Position numbers and translations under genes: made by a program | Part shown: positions 49,175 to 58,762 of the stretch, piece by piece | How positions within the stretch are numbered: position 1 is the stretch's first letter | Layout of the letters: each line of letters opens with the position of its first letter | Source of the DNA: Gemmatimonadota bacterium | GTDB taxonomy: Bacteria > Gemmatimonadota > Gemmatimonadetes > Palauibacterales > Palauibacteraceae | DNA length: 64,000 bases | Assembly: GCA_036679495.1 (NCBI GenBank) | Contig: JAZDDE010000304.1 | Span: 6,674 to 70,673, forward strand | Direction: 5' to 3' | The notes under the pieces: model-generated | Databases searched by the model: none | What the model saw: only the letters and a program-made list of their open reading frames with translations | Told to the model about the DNA's origin: nothing

Positions 49175-50475
49175 AAAAACCACTCGCCGACGACGACGGT
49201 GTCGCCGTTCTCTAGCAGCACGTCATCGTCGGCCCCCTTGCGAACCCGTTTCAAGTTGACAGGAATGCGCAGCTGTGATCCGTCCGGCATTCGTCGGATG
49301 ACGGTGACTTTACGCAGGTTGGCTCGTTCTGTAGCGCCTCCGGCGGCAGTGATCGCCTGAAAGACGGTGAATGCCTCGGAGCTTGAGAAGTCGACTGTAC
49401 CGGTGGTCCTCACCGCGCCCGAGATGAAGACGCGATAGACCTGGGGTGGCGGCACGATCACGATGTCGCCTGGTCGCAGGGCCAGATTGAGAGACAGGTC
49501 GCCTTGCTCCACGAGGCGTAAAGCGTCGATCTGGATGCGCTCCTCGGTGCCTGCTCGGTTGCGCAGGATGATGATCGAGGTGCCCGAGCGAGCCCCGGTC
49601 ACGAGTCCGCCGGCTTCGCCGATCATATCGAGCAGGGTCTTGGATCCGACCATCTGGTAGGCGCCGGGCCTGTTGACCGCGCCTTGAATCGAGATGCCGC
49701 GGCTCTGGAACTCCTTCACCAGGATCGAGACCTGAGGGTCGTTGACGAGTTTGCGCTGGGCCAACAGGTTCGCGATGGCTCGCTCGGCCTTCCGCAAACC
49801 CAAGCCGGCCACTCGCATGCCACCGACGAGAGGCAGGGTGATCGATCCATCGCGCAGGACGCGCGTCTCCCGAGTCAGCTCGGGAAGCCCGAAGACCTCC
49901 ACTTGGAGCACGTCACCGGTGCCGATTAGGTACTGACCGGAGTCTGGGTCGGGCGTAGCGATTGACGGACCGGGTGCGATCGCCGGAGCTGCTTCGGGCG
50001 GTGCCGGGGCTGCCAGCGGTGTCGCAGGGCCTCCGCTCGAGGAGCGGATGCGAACGAAGAGCCAGTCCTCGCTCGCGGCGACGGAGTACGAGCTCCTCGA
50101 GCGCGTGCGAATATGGACGCTTGTGGCGGGCGCGGCGGCGCTGTTGTCGAGGAGCACTTCGACCGAGGCCACATGGCCTTCTGCGGCCACTAGGTTGGTC
50201 ACGACCGGACTCGGGGCTGTGTCCTCGAGCGAGATGGTGATCAGGCCGTCAGCACGGCTATTGGCGAGCCAACGGCCGCGGCTGCTCATCGCTAGCGCGA
50301 GGACGGCGCTGCTGGGCTCGTTGGTCAAGGTCATGGACTCCAGGACCACGGCCGCGGGAGCCTGTGCCGAAGCCGGCGAGATACCGAGGGCGGTGAGGGC
50401 CATGGCGGCGAGCAATAGAGAGAAGCGCCGGAAAGCGGGTCCAGTGGATCTAGACGTTGAAGAGATTCGGTTCAT
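49171..50475 (-). CDS. wza: polysaccharide export outer-membrane protein (Wza/GumB-like: Poly_export + SLBB) with a ~150-aa N-terminal extension
   Basis: Signal peptide, PxxP/Ala-rich extension, then the Poly_export motif (YLIGTGDVLQVEVFG) and two SLBB-like segments. Confidence 0.8.
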   Translation of the reverse strand: MNRISSTSRSTGPAFRRFSLLLAAMALTALGISPASAQAPAAVVLESMTLTNEPSSAVLALAMSSRGRWLANSRADGLITISLEDTAPSPVVTNLVAAEGHVASVEVLLDNSAAAPATSVHIRTRSRSSYSVAASEDWLFVRIRSSSGGPATPLAAPAPPEAAPAIAPGPSIATPDPDSGQYLIGTGDVLQVEVFGLPELTRETRVLRDGSITLPLVGGMRVAGLGLRKAERAIANLLAQRKLVNDPQVSILVKEFQSRGISIQGAVNRPGAYQMVGSKTLLDMIGEAGGLVTGARSGTSIIILRNRAGTEERIQIDALRLVEQGDLSLNLALRPGDIVIVPPPQVYRVFISGAVRTTGTVDFSSSEAFTVFQAITAAGGATERANLRKVTVIRRMPDGSQLRIPVNLKRVRKGADDDVLLENGDTVVVGEWFF

Positions 50476-50508
50476 TGTTGCGTTCTTATTCTCCGAGGGT
50501 TCGCTTCC

Positions 50509-51798
50509 CTAGCCCCAGGGTCCGCCGCTACTGTTGTCGAAAAGGCGGAAGTTCACACTGGTGCGGAAACGCGTCACTGTGCGATCGAGGCCCGGGAGGT
50601 TGGAATCGTACTCGGTCTCGGAGCCTGAGAGAGCGATCTGTGCGCGCCCGAGCTTAAAGGCCAGTGTTACGCCGCTGCCCGTCAGGTCGTCGCGTCGGTC
50701 GGATGGGCCTCCGGGACCGCTCCGGAAATCGAGCTCGCCGATCTCGTAGAAGACTCGCATGCTAGCCCTGGAGCCAAGTGCCACGCGGACCGCGGCAGTA
50801 GAGATGGTGCTCTCGAAGAAGGCGCTCGACTCGGCGAGGGAGAACGACAGGTTGTGCCGCTCGCTGAGTTCGAGTTGAATCGGCCCAACGGGGCGCAACG
50901 ATAGGTCCAGAGATCCAGTCTGGCCGTCGAACGTGGCGAATGACCCGAGCGTCGTGGGTTCCACGGTGCGATCGACTAGCTGGCCGCGAGCGACGAAGCG
51001 ATCGCTCGAGTACTCGAGTTCGATGAAGATGCCGTCGCCGGTGCTCGATCGATCGAAAGTCGAAACGGTGCCGAAATCGACCTCCGTATCTTCCACACCG
51101 AGGCCCAGTCGGAACTGATCTCGGATGAACAGACCGAAACCGGTCTGGAGTCTCGTCTCGTCGCGATCGAGACGGTCGAATCCGCCTCCGAGCGAGGCGT
51201 CGTCTTCAACCGACTGGAAGCTCAGAGTTTCGGCGCGAGCGAACCAGGCGATGCGCTTCCCGAGGTCCACCGTCAACTCAAAGGAGATCTCATCCTGGCG
51301 TTGGTTCACCCGTTCCTCGAGTTCACGACTGAAGATTCGCGAGGCCTCGGTGCGCTCGGCTGCGCCCTCGACGCCGATGCGGCCGAAGTTGCCAAAGAAC
51401 CCGACTCCGGCTCCACCGTTCAGCCTTCTACGCTCGCCGTTGTCGCGCCACCACACGTATTCCGGCCGGATGTAGCCGCCGACCACGAGGCTACCGCCCA
51501 GCGGCAGGTAAGTGTCGAGGCCAGCGCCTAGAGAGGCACTGAGATCCGCGTCATTGCCGGTAGAGGAGCCTGTCGAGTCGCCGCTGACGTAGCTAAGGTT
51601 GCGAATGGCGAACCAGGGATTCGCGTAGAGCCGACCGAGCCTCCAACTCGCATTCTGCATCGCGGTTTCGAAGATGACCTGACGCGACTCGGCCGGGCCG
51701 CGAAAGTCACCGGCAGGGTTGTACTGGACGAACTGGGCCGCACCCGCGAGCGGGAGCAGCAGAAGAGAGATGATGAACAGAAGCGTTGCGCGATGCAT
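50509..51798 (-). CDS. predicted outer-membrane beta-barrel protein
   Basis: Signal peptide (MHRATLLFIISLLLLPLAGAAQ) and alternating amphipathic beta-strand pattern. Sits directly downstream of wza. Confidence 0.4.
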   Translation of the reverse strand: MHRATLLFIISLLLLPLAGAAQFVQYNPAGDFRGPAESRQVIFETAMQNASWRLGRLYANPWFAIRNLSYVSGDSTGSSTGNDADLSASLGAGLDTYLPLGGSLVVGGYIRPEYVWWRDNGERRRLNGGAGVGFFGNFGRIGVEGAAERTEASRIFSRELEERVNQRQDEISFELTVDLGKRIAWFARAETLSFQSVEDDASLGGGFDRLDRDETRLQTGFGLFIRDQFRLGLGVEDTEVDFGTVSTFDRSSTGDGIFIELEYSSDRFVARGQLVDRTVEPTTLGSFATFDGQTGSLDLSLRPVGPIQLELSERHNLSFSLAESSAFFESTISTAAVRVALGSRASMRVFYEIGELDFRSGPGGPSDRRDDLTGSGVTLAFKLGRAQIALSGSETEYDSNLPGLDRTVTRFRTSVNFRLFDNSSGGPWG

Positions 51799-51886
51799 TG
51801 GTCTCGTCTCCAGGTCGTCCGTGACACTCGGCAAGAAGTAGAACCAGGCTCGGTGCGGGCTGCGGGCCTTGAGCGGCTGTTCGAGG

Positions 51887-52726
51887 TCAGGCGTCTCCCT
51901 CGATCTCTTGAACATCGATGACTTCCACGTCGATCACCTGCCGGGGACCGCCGCTCGAATCGTCCAGAGCCTGCTCACGCTGCTTGAGGCTCTCGATGAA
52001 GCCGCTATCGTCGTCTACTGAAACCGCTTTCTCGAACGGTATCTCCTGCGGCCCGTGAGCCGGCGAGGTGGGGATCGAAGCCGATCTCCGGCCGGTGAAG
52101 AAGATGGCCAAACTGCCGGCTAGCGCAATGCCGAGGGCGAGCAACAACTGCATGAGGCCTCGATGCCCGCTATCGTCGCTGCTCTCTAGTTGAGCGGCGG
52201 GCGAAGGTTCTTCAACGGCCACCAGTTCTTGCTCCGTGTCGAGGGTTCCTTGGCTGTCGGGCACTGGCGGCGGGAGCCCGGGACCGGCCTCACCTAGGTT
52301 CGTAGAGTCCTCTACGAACGTATCGGCGGTTTCCGTCTCGGTGATCGGTTCGACATCGGTTTCGACGAGGGGCGGCGCGGGCGGGACCTCCTTCTCGGAG
52401 GCCGCGACGGGCTCCGGCGAGGTCAACGGTACGACCGAGTCGAGTTGCTCGAGATAGCCGTGGTAGACGGCCGGCTCCTCGGTGACGACGAGCCGCTGGC
52501 TCTGGCTGCGATAGCCGGTCTTCTTCATTTCGAGCACATACTCGCCGATAGGTATGCCCTCAACCAACATCGTTCCCTTCGCATCGGTGTGGCCGAGGGA
52601 TGTGCCGTCCCACACCACCTCGACTCCGGGTTGAGACTCGATGCTCACACGTCCGGTGGCGGCTGCTAGAGAGGCGGCCATGGCGAACGAGACGATCAAG
52701 ACTAGCGGCCGGGCCGCACAACGCAC
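51887..52726 (-). CDS. PEGA-domain membrane-anchored protein
   Basis: Signal peptide, PEGA domain (GRVSIESQPGVEVVWDG...GEYVLEMKKTGY), acidic linker, one TM and a cytoplasmic tail. The GTG start shares 1 nt with the wzc stop. Confidence 0.55.
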   Translation of the reverse strand: MRCAARPLVLIVSFAMAASLAAATGRVSIESQPGVEVVWDGTSLGHTDAKGTMLVEGIPIGEYVLEMKKTGYRSQSQRLVVTEEPAVYHGYLEQLDSVVPLTSPEPVAASEKEVPPAPPLVETDVEPITETETADTFVEDSTNLGEAGPGLPPPVPDSQGTLDTEQELVAVEEPSPAAQLESSDDSGHRGLMQLLLALGIALAGSLAIFFTGRRSASIPTSPAHGPQEIPFEKAVSVDDDSGFIESLKQREQALDDSSGGPRQVIDVEVIDVQEIEGDA

Positions 52727-55116
52727 TAGGCTGTCCTCTTCGCGGTGAGCTCTCCGTCCGAGCCGTGATAAGTGCTGTAGTAGCCGCCGTAGTAGCTGTA
52801 GTTCTCCGAGTGGATGTCGACCGAGTTGAGGGCTACTCCGAGAAGCGGCGCTCGAGCTCGAAGCAGTTGATCGCGCGCGCGGATGAGGGCGTGGCGCGGT
52901 GTCTTGCCCGCTCGGGCGACGAGGATGACGCCGTCGACGATGAGGGAGAGCAGAACCGCGTCGCTAAGCTCCAGGCAAGGAGGCGAGTCGATCACGACGT
53001 GGGTGAAGTCACGGGCCAGGGTCAGTCCGGCACGCATGCGTTCGGAGCCGAGCAGCTCAGGCGGGTTGGGTGAGTGGGGGCCGGCGGCGACGGCGTAGAG
53101 ATTGGCAACACCGGTCGGCTGGATGAGCGTCGAGAGGCTTGCGTGACCTGTGAGATAGGTACTCATTCCCTCGATGGCCTTGAGCCCGAGGGCCTTGCCG
53201 AGCTTCGGTCGCCGCAGGTCGAGGTCGAGTAGCAGGGTTCGTCCGCCCGTTTGAGCGAGAGCGACCGCCAGATTGAGCGCGGTGGTCGATTTGCCCTCTC
53301 CGGGGATCGCCGAAGTGATGAGCAGAGCCTGCGGCTCCTTGGCGGGCGACGAGAGCATGATCGAAGTGCGAAGCGATCGGTAGGCCTCCCAGGCCTGAGC
53401 ACTGTGGGCCTCGTCTTCGCGCCCGTAGAGAAGCACGGGGCCATCGGGCGCCGGCGTTTCGGCTTTGCGTCGCAGGAGCCTCTGGAGCAGAGAGAGTTTG
53501 GTCCTGCCGAAGAGCGCTGGGATGATTCCGAGCGAAGGCAGATGGATGAAGTGATCGATGTCGTCAGGCGTCTTGACCGTATTGTCGAGGTTCTCGGCCA
53601 ACACCACGGAGGCGAGCCCGAGGAGGAGCCCGAGCAACAAAGCGCGAATCAAGCTCTGGGTCTTCTTGGGCGAACTCGCAACGCTCGGCGTGATCGCGCG
53701 GTCGGCTACCTGGATGTTGCTCGGTTCGAGCCCGGCTGCGACTGTAGCCTCTTTGAGCCGCTGCAAGAGTCCCTGATAGAGAGCCTTGTTGCTCTCCACT
53801 TCCCGTTTGAGAATGTTGTATTCGATCGAGTCGTCGTCGAGCAGATCGACGACCTGCTGTTGGTCAGTCATTGTTGAGGCAATCCGGTTGTGACGATTGC
53901 GCGCCAACTGATAGTTCTGTTCCGCAGAAGAGATCGCTTCGCGGCGCGCGGTTTCGAGCTGCGCCCGCAGGTCGTTGCTCTGGGAGCGCAATTGCTTGAC
54001 TGCCGGCCATTCCGGACCGTAGCGGCTGGAGTAGCCGGCGAGCTCCCCCTCGAGCTCGGACAGCCGTCCCTCGAGCGAGCGGATACGCTCGTCCTTGAAG
54101 GACTCGGGCAATGAGCGTCCGGGGGCATTGCGCACCGCCTCGTAGCGCGCCTGGGCCGCCACCATCTCGTTAAAGAGTCTGGTCTTCTCGTCCGAGAGGT
54201 CCGCAAAGCGCTTCCGGTTGACGGTCTCATTGCCGGAGACGGCTATTATGTTCTTGCGCTGTGCGTAGTCGAGAAGGCTAGCCTCGGAAGACTCGACCTT
54301 GCTCTTGAGTTCGGCCAACTGACCTTCCAAGAAGCGGGTGGCGCGAATCGTCGCGTCGTAGCGGTTCTGCAGATGAAGCAGGATGAACTCATCGGCTATG
54401 GTGTTGGCCACTTGCGACGCCAGTGCGGGGGACTGGGAAACGTAGCCCACTTCGATCAGGCGAGTCCGGCGCAGCGGGCTGATGCGTATGTTGCTGATCA
54501 GCTTGCCCTCGAGGGCCTGGAGCCGGCGATCGCTTAGTACCTGGGGAGGTCTAGCCTCATCCGATGTGTCGGTCTCCGCCGTTACGGTCGTCTGCTGGAT
54601 CGGTGGGCCCGGCGATCCGACTAATGCCGTCCCGGCGGCCCGAGCCAAACGGCGGATGCTGCCGCTCAGCTCCTTGAACGCGCCCGCGCTGGGCCGGGCA
54701 TTGAAGTCACGGTTGTTGGCCAGGTCGAGGCGCTCGATCACGCGCGCCGCCAGGTCGCGCGACTTGAGCTTCTCCGCCTGAGTCCAAATGAACTGCTCGG
54801 AGGCCCCTCCTCGGCCGGGCCCGGCAATGTCCTGGTAAGGAAGAATGTCGGCTTCGCCCGGATTGATCTGAACCCGCGATGCTGCCGTGTACTTCGGCGT
54901 CGTCGTGAAAACTTGGAGTGCAGAAAGAGCCAGGACGGTCAGGGTCACTGCTACCGGAAGCCACTTGCGGCGCCGGAGGATGTACAGATAATCCTTGAGC
55001 GAGGTCTGGCGCGGTGGCGGCAGGGCTCCGGCCGTGGGCTGGTAGAGTTGGGGCAGTGTCTGGCCGACGTAGTGCTGCGGCAGGCCGCTTGGAGGGTTGT
55101 CTGGTGGCTCGATCAT
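52726..55116 (-). CDS. wzc: polysaccharide co-polymerase/tyrosine autokinase (Wzc-like, PCP-2a)
   Basis: N-terminal Wzz domain with 2 TM, long coiled coil, Walker A SAIPGEGKSTTALNLA and a C-terminal Tyr cluster YSYYGGYYSTY. Confidence 0.85.
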   Translation of the reverse strand: MIEPPDNPPSGLPQHYVGQTLPQLYQPTAGALPPPRQTSLKDYLYILRRRKWLPVAVTLTVLALSALQVFTTTPKYTAASRVQINPGEADILPYQDIAGPGRGGASEQFIWTQAEKLKSRDLAARVIERLDLANNRDFNARPSAGAFKELSGSIRRLARAAGTALVGSPGPPIQQTTVTAETDTSDEARPPQVLSDRRLQALEGKLISNIRISPLRRTRLIEVGYVSQSPALASQVANTIADEFILLHLQNRYDATIRATRFLEGQLAELKSKVESSEASLLDYAQRKNIIAVSGNETVNRKRFADLSDEKTRLFNEMVAAQARYEAVRNAPGRSLPESFKDERIRSLEGRLSELEGELAGYSSRYGPEWPAVKQLRSQSNDLRAQLETARREAISSAEQNYQLARNRHNRIASTMTDQQQVVDLLDDDSIEYNILKREVESNKALYQGLLQRLKEATVAAGLEPSNIQVADRAITPSVASSPKKTQSLIRALLLGLLLGLASVVLAENLDNTVKTPDDIDHFIHLPSLGIIPALFGRTKLSLLQRLLRRKAETPAPDGPVLLYGREDEAHSAQAWEAYRSLRTSIMLSSPAKEPQALLITSAIPGEGKSTTALNLAVALAQTGGRTLLLDLDLRRPKLGKALGLKAIEGMSTYLTGHASLSTLIQPTGVANLYAVAAGPHSPNPPELLGSERMRAGLTLARDFTHVVIDSPPCLELSDAVLLSLIVDGVILVARAGKTPRHALIRARDQLLRARAPLLGVALNSVDIHSENYSYYGGYYSTYHGSDGELTAKRTA

Positions 55117-55246
55117 GATGGACGGGTCTTCGAACTGGGCGCCTGCGGAATCCCGTGCAAAGAGGCCCGGCGGGAGTCTGTGAGACGCCTAACTTGCTTG
55201 ATCATTGATAATATAACGCTATCCCGGCTTTGAGGGAGGTATCGCG

Positions 55247-55268
55247 CACAGTGAACAAGCTCACTGTG
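55247..55268. promoter_or_regulatory. 8-6-8 perfect palindrome cacagtga-acaagc-tcactgtg in the divergent wzc/wecA promoter region (candidate operator)
   Basis: Read directly. An AT-rich stretch (ttgataatataacg) lies 30 nt upstream. Confidence 0.3.
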
Positions 55269-55315
55269 TCGAGGCACCGGTAGAGGGTATACCGGAGCCA
55301 TGGGGACAGGGACGG

Positions 55316-56467
55316 ATGACTGACGCCGCCGCAAACCTAGCATTCTCCGCCCTTGTCGCGGGTTCGATCGCCTGTCTGGTGACCACCTTGATGGTGCCGT
55401 TGAGTCTGCGGCTCGCTCGGACCCTAGGCGCGATTGACGAGCCGGGAGGGAGACGGCTGCAGGCCGTGCCCACTCCGCGACTCGGCGGTATCGCGATCTT
55501 GGCTGGTATTGCGCTAGCCGTCCCCGCCGTCTTGATCTTTCGCTGGAGTCAGCAGCTCGCCGGGTTGCCGCCGTCTCAGATCACCGCGGTGTTGATCGGA
55601 ATCGCTATCATCTTTCTTCTGGGGCTGGCCGACGATCTCTTCGGCATGACGCCGGTGGTCAAGTTGGTGGTGCAATTCACCGCCGCGGCAGTGGTTGTTC
55701 AAGCCGGCCTGAGTTTCGAAACGCTCAGCCTGCCCTTCGTCGGTACGCTGGAGCTTGGGGTTCTCGGAGGGGTCGCTTCCTGCGTCTGGATCGTCGGGGT
55801 GACCAACGCGATCAATCTCATCGACGGCCTCGACGGGCTGGCGAGCGGCGTCGTTGCGATCATCGCGCTCAGCTTCTCGATCTACGCTTTCGTGCAAGGC
55901 AACTCGATGACGGTGTTGTTGATGGCCGCCGCGGCCGGCTCGTGCGTCGGCTTCCTGCGTCAGAACTGGCATCCGGCGAAGGTATTCATGGGCGACTCCG
56001 GGGCTCTGACTCTAGGCTTTATGCTGGCGGCGGTCAGCGTTCACTCGTCGCTCAAGACGCCGGCGGCGGTCGCTATCCTGGTGCCGCTCCTGGCACTGGG
56101 CGTGCCGATCATGGACGCCTTCCTGGTGATGCTGGGCCGGTTTCTAAACGGTCCGCAGAGCGGGCCGGTCAGACGGGCGCTGAGGATGTTCCACGCCGAT
56201 CGCAACCATCTCCATCATCTGATGGAGGTATTCCACCTGACCCGTCCCCGGGTCGTCCTCGGGATTTACGCTTTGGTGCTGGCGTTCTGTGCTTTCAGCC
56301 TGACCGTAGCTCTGAGCAAGAGCGCGTCCATCGGCCTCTCCTTGATCGTCGTTGAGTTCCTAGTTATCGTTGCGGTGCGGCACTGGGGGCTGAAGCGGGT
56401 GGATATGACCTCCGAAGACGCTCCGGCGGTGGCCGACAACGTCCGCCCGATCCGTCGAGCCGGCTGA
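55316..56467 (+). CDS. polyprenyl-phosphate HexNAc-1-phosphate transferase (WecA/TagO/MraY family), the initiating enzyme
   Basis: 11 TM helices, VTNAINLIDGLDGLASG and FMGDSGA motifs. Confidence 0.85.
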   Translation: MTDAAANLAFSALVAGSIACLVTTLMVPLSLRLARTLGAIDEPGGRRLQAVPTPRLGGIAILAGIALAVPAVLIFRWSQQLAGLPPSQITAVLIGIAIIFLLGLADDLFGMTPVVKLVVQFTAAAVVVQAGLSFETLSLPFVGTLELGVLGGVASCVWIVGVTNAINLIDGLDGLASGVVAIIALSFSIYAFVQGNSMTVLLMAAAAGSCVGFLRQNWHPAKVFMGDSGALTLGFMLAAVSVHSSLKTPAAVAILVPLLALGVPIMDAFLVMLGRFLNGPQSGPVRRALRMFHADRNHLHHLMEVFHLTRPRVVLGIYALVLAFCAFSLTVALSKSASIGLSLIVVEFLVIVAVRHWGLKRVDMTSEDAPAVADNVRPIRRAG

Positions 56468-56507
56468 CAGGCGGAACGCACTTCGGGTGAGCCGCGGCGC
56501 AGGAGTG

Positions 56508-57494
56508 CTAACTGGAGAGAGAACGCACACACCGAAAGCCAACTTCGGCGCTCGACGACGACGGCTCCATGAACCGCCGACGATGGGGGTCGAGCACTCC
56601 ATACTTGCCGCCCAGGCCGCCCCGTAGCACTCGATGGGTTTCACCGTACTGAGCCTCGGGTCGGGTGTTGCCTGGGTAGGGCGCGTACCAGGATGCAGTC
56701 CACTCCAGTTGCCCCGGTGGCGCGGTCACCTTCTCCTGTTGGATCGCCACTTCCCACTCGAATTCGGTCGGGAGGCGGGCGCCGCGCCACCCGCAGTACG
56801 CCTTGGCCGCATTGTAGGAGACCAGGCCGGCGGCACTGGTGCCCGGCTTCGAGAAGTCGTAGACGGGTTCGAAGGCTTGGAATTCGGCGTTGCTGACCGG
56901 CCGGCTGTCGATCTCGAGATCGCTCAGGTTGAAGTCGAAAGGAGGCTGCTGGTTGTAGTAGCGAGCCGCGCGAGCGGACAACCCGATTCGATAGGAGCCC
57001 GCGGAGATGAGTGCTGTCGAAACGGACTCGCGTGCCGTGCGTACGGCTAATTCGGCTGCTTCGGCCTGCCTCTCGAGTCTCTGCTCCTCGAGCCAGGCGA
57101 GGACGACTTCTTGAGTCTCGGGATCCTTCGGCATCACTCGCTGGAGGGCCTCCGAGTCGAGTGTTGTGCCCTCTAGGGACGCCTGCTCGCGTGCGAACGC
57201 CAGAATGGCGGGCGGTGAGACCCGCTCATTTGATACCTCGAACTCGACGACGAATCCCTGCCGGAAGATCTTTTCGGGATCGGTTGCGATGAGGGAGCTG
57301 TCAGCCTCGACCGACGTGATACTCGTCCCAGCCACGCTGACTCGGCGCTTCGTCCCACCGACGTTGAGCTCGTAGTAGACCTCGCCGAGGTCGCCAACTC
57401 GCAGTCCGTCGGCGAAGCCCTTGTCGATCCGAGCCGAGTTGGTACCGGCAGTGGCTACCAGGGCGAGGACGGTGAGGAGCGTGGCTGGGGTCAT
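56508..57494 (-). CDS. secreted FGE-sulfatase (SUMF1/EgtB/PvdO) domain protein
   Basis: Signal peptide. C-terminal RLPTEFEWEVA...GFRCV is the hallmark of the FGE-sulfatase domain. 4-nt overlap with the TPR gene. Confidence 0.7.
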   Translation of the reverse strand: MTPATLLTVLALVATAGTNSARIDKGFADGLRVGDLGEVYYELNVGGTKRRVSVAGTSITSVEADSSLIATDPEKIFRQGFVVEFEVSNERVSPPAILAFAREQASLEGTTLDSEALQRVMPKDPETQEVVLAWLEEQRLERQAEAAELAVRTARESVSTALISAGSYRIGLSARAARYYNQQPPFDFNLSDLEIDSRPVSNAEFQAFEPVYDFSKPGTSAAGLVSYNAAKAYCGWRGARLPTEFEWEVAIQQEKVTAPPGQLEWTASWYAPYPGNTRPEAQYGETHRVLRGGLGGKYGVLDPHRRRFMEPSSSSAEVGFRCVRSLSS

Positions 57495-58762
57495 GGGCTT
57501 TGAGCTGTGGCCGGTAGGGGTCGGACCGCTAGCTTATCCAACAGAAGCCTACCGCTGAGCGGCGAACCGCCTCGGGGAGCGACATTGCGCAAGGTCAGGC
57601 GCAAGAGGCTCGCTGTCTCCGTTGGGCCAAAGTCGGCGCTGACCTCGTGCCAGTCTCGAGTTCCGCCGTCGACAGGTAGACGAACCAGTCGTTCGCGGCT
57701 GGCGAGGTCGAGGACCTCGAAAAAAAGCTCTGGCCCGTCGAGCGCGCGAGAAGCCACCCGAGCCGAGAAAGTGTAGGTGACTCCCGGAGCGGCGACGAAC
57801 TGTTGGCGTAGGCCGCCGAAGCGGGCTCTCACCACTCGGAAATCGATCGCCAGCGCGGCGGAGCCGTCCTCAGCGAGCCCCGGCTCGATAGCAATCCCCC
57901 ACTCGGGTGCCTCACGCAGGCGCCAATCAATCAGGCCGGAGGTGATGTCCCGTTCGAAGTCGCCGTTCCAGAGGGCATTGGCGCCGGACGTGTAAGCCGG
58001 ATCTTCAACGCCCTGGCGACCCAAGGCGGCGATCCAGGCGGACCGTAGGTCGGCGTACCGACCTGTGTCCGACAGATAGGAGAAGTAGGCCGAAGCCTCG
58101 GAGGCCTTGGGTGGTTCGGCGTCGGCCAGCGCCGAAGCCCACTGCTCGGCCAATAGCGTGGGGTCGATCGTCAGGTCGGCTCGGGAGCGAAGTCGCAGCA
58201 AGTGTCGAAGGAGGCTGCCGGCAAGTCCTGGGCCGGTCGGCCAGAGGCGTTGCACCGCAGCCGGATCGACTCCGGACTTGAGTAGGAGCGCCGCTCCCGC
58301 GTCGGCAAGGGACCGGTCGCGGGCCATGGCCTCGCCGAAGAGCGGCAGGGCCTCGTCGATGGCGCCCAGGCGTAGCTTCAGGTTGGCCAGCCGCCAGAGA
58401 TAGGGCGCGTCCCGCGGGTTGCGTTCCAGCGCTCGACGCAGCGTAGTTTCCGCCTCCGGCATCAGGCCCATGGCCTCATAGAGAGCTCCGAGCTCGGCCA
58501 GGAACCGCGCGCTCTGAGGCCTCAGTTCGACCGCCCGCTCCATGTTTCTCCGGGCGTTGTCGTAGTCGCGAGTCGCGACCGTGTCGCGCTCGAGGCGGCC
58601 GAGCCGCATATAGAGGTCCGCGTTGTGCTCATCGCGGTTGATCGCGAGTTGCAGGTTGGTCTCGGTGGGCTCGCTGGCCAGCTCGAGCGCCGCCTTGCGC
58701 TGCCAGACCCGCCAGCCGGCAAGCATCAGGAGGAGGACGAGGGCGATGCGAGCGGCGCTCAT
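57491..58762 (-). CDS. TPR-repeat protein with N-terminal TM and a C-terminal beta-sandwich (CBM-like) domain
   Basis: Start at MSAARIALVLLLMLAG (ATGA overlap with the ligase gene), at least 4 TPR-like repeats and a WNGDFE-containing C-terminal domain. Confidence 0.55.
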   Translation of the reverse strand: MSAARIALVLLLMLAGWRVWQRKAALELASEPTETNLQLAINRDEHNADLYMRLGRLERDTVATRDYDNARRNMERAVELRPQSARFLAELGALYEAMGLMPEAETTLRRALERNPRDAPYLWRLANLKLRLGAIDEALPLFGEAMARDRSLADAGAALLLKSGVDPAAVQRLWPTGPGLAGSLLRHLLRLRSRADLTIDPTLLAEQWASALADAEPPKASEASAYFSYLSDTGRYADLRSAWIAALGRQGVEDPAYTSGANALWNGDFERDITSGLIDWRLREAPEWGIAIEPGLAEDGSAALAIDFRVVRARFGGLRQQFVAAPGVTYTFSARVASRALDGPELFFEVLDLASRERLVRLPVDGGTRDWHEVSADFGPTETASLLRLTLRNVAPRGGSPLSGRLLLDKLAVRPLPATAQSP

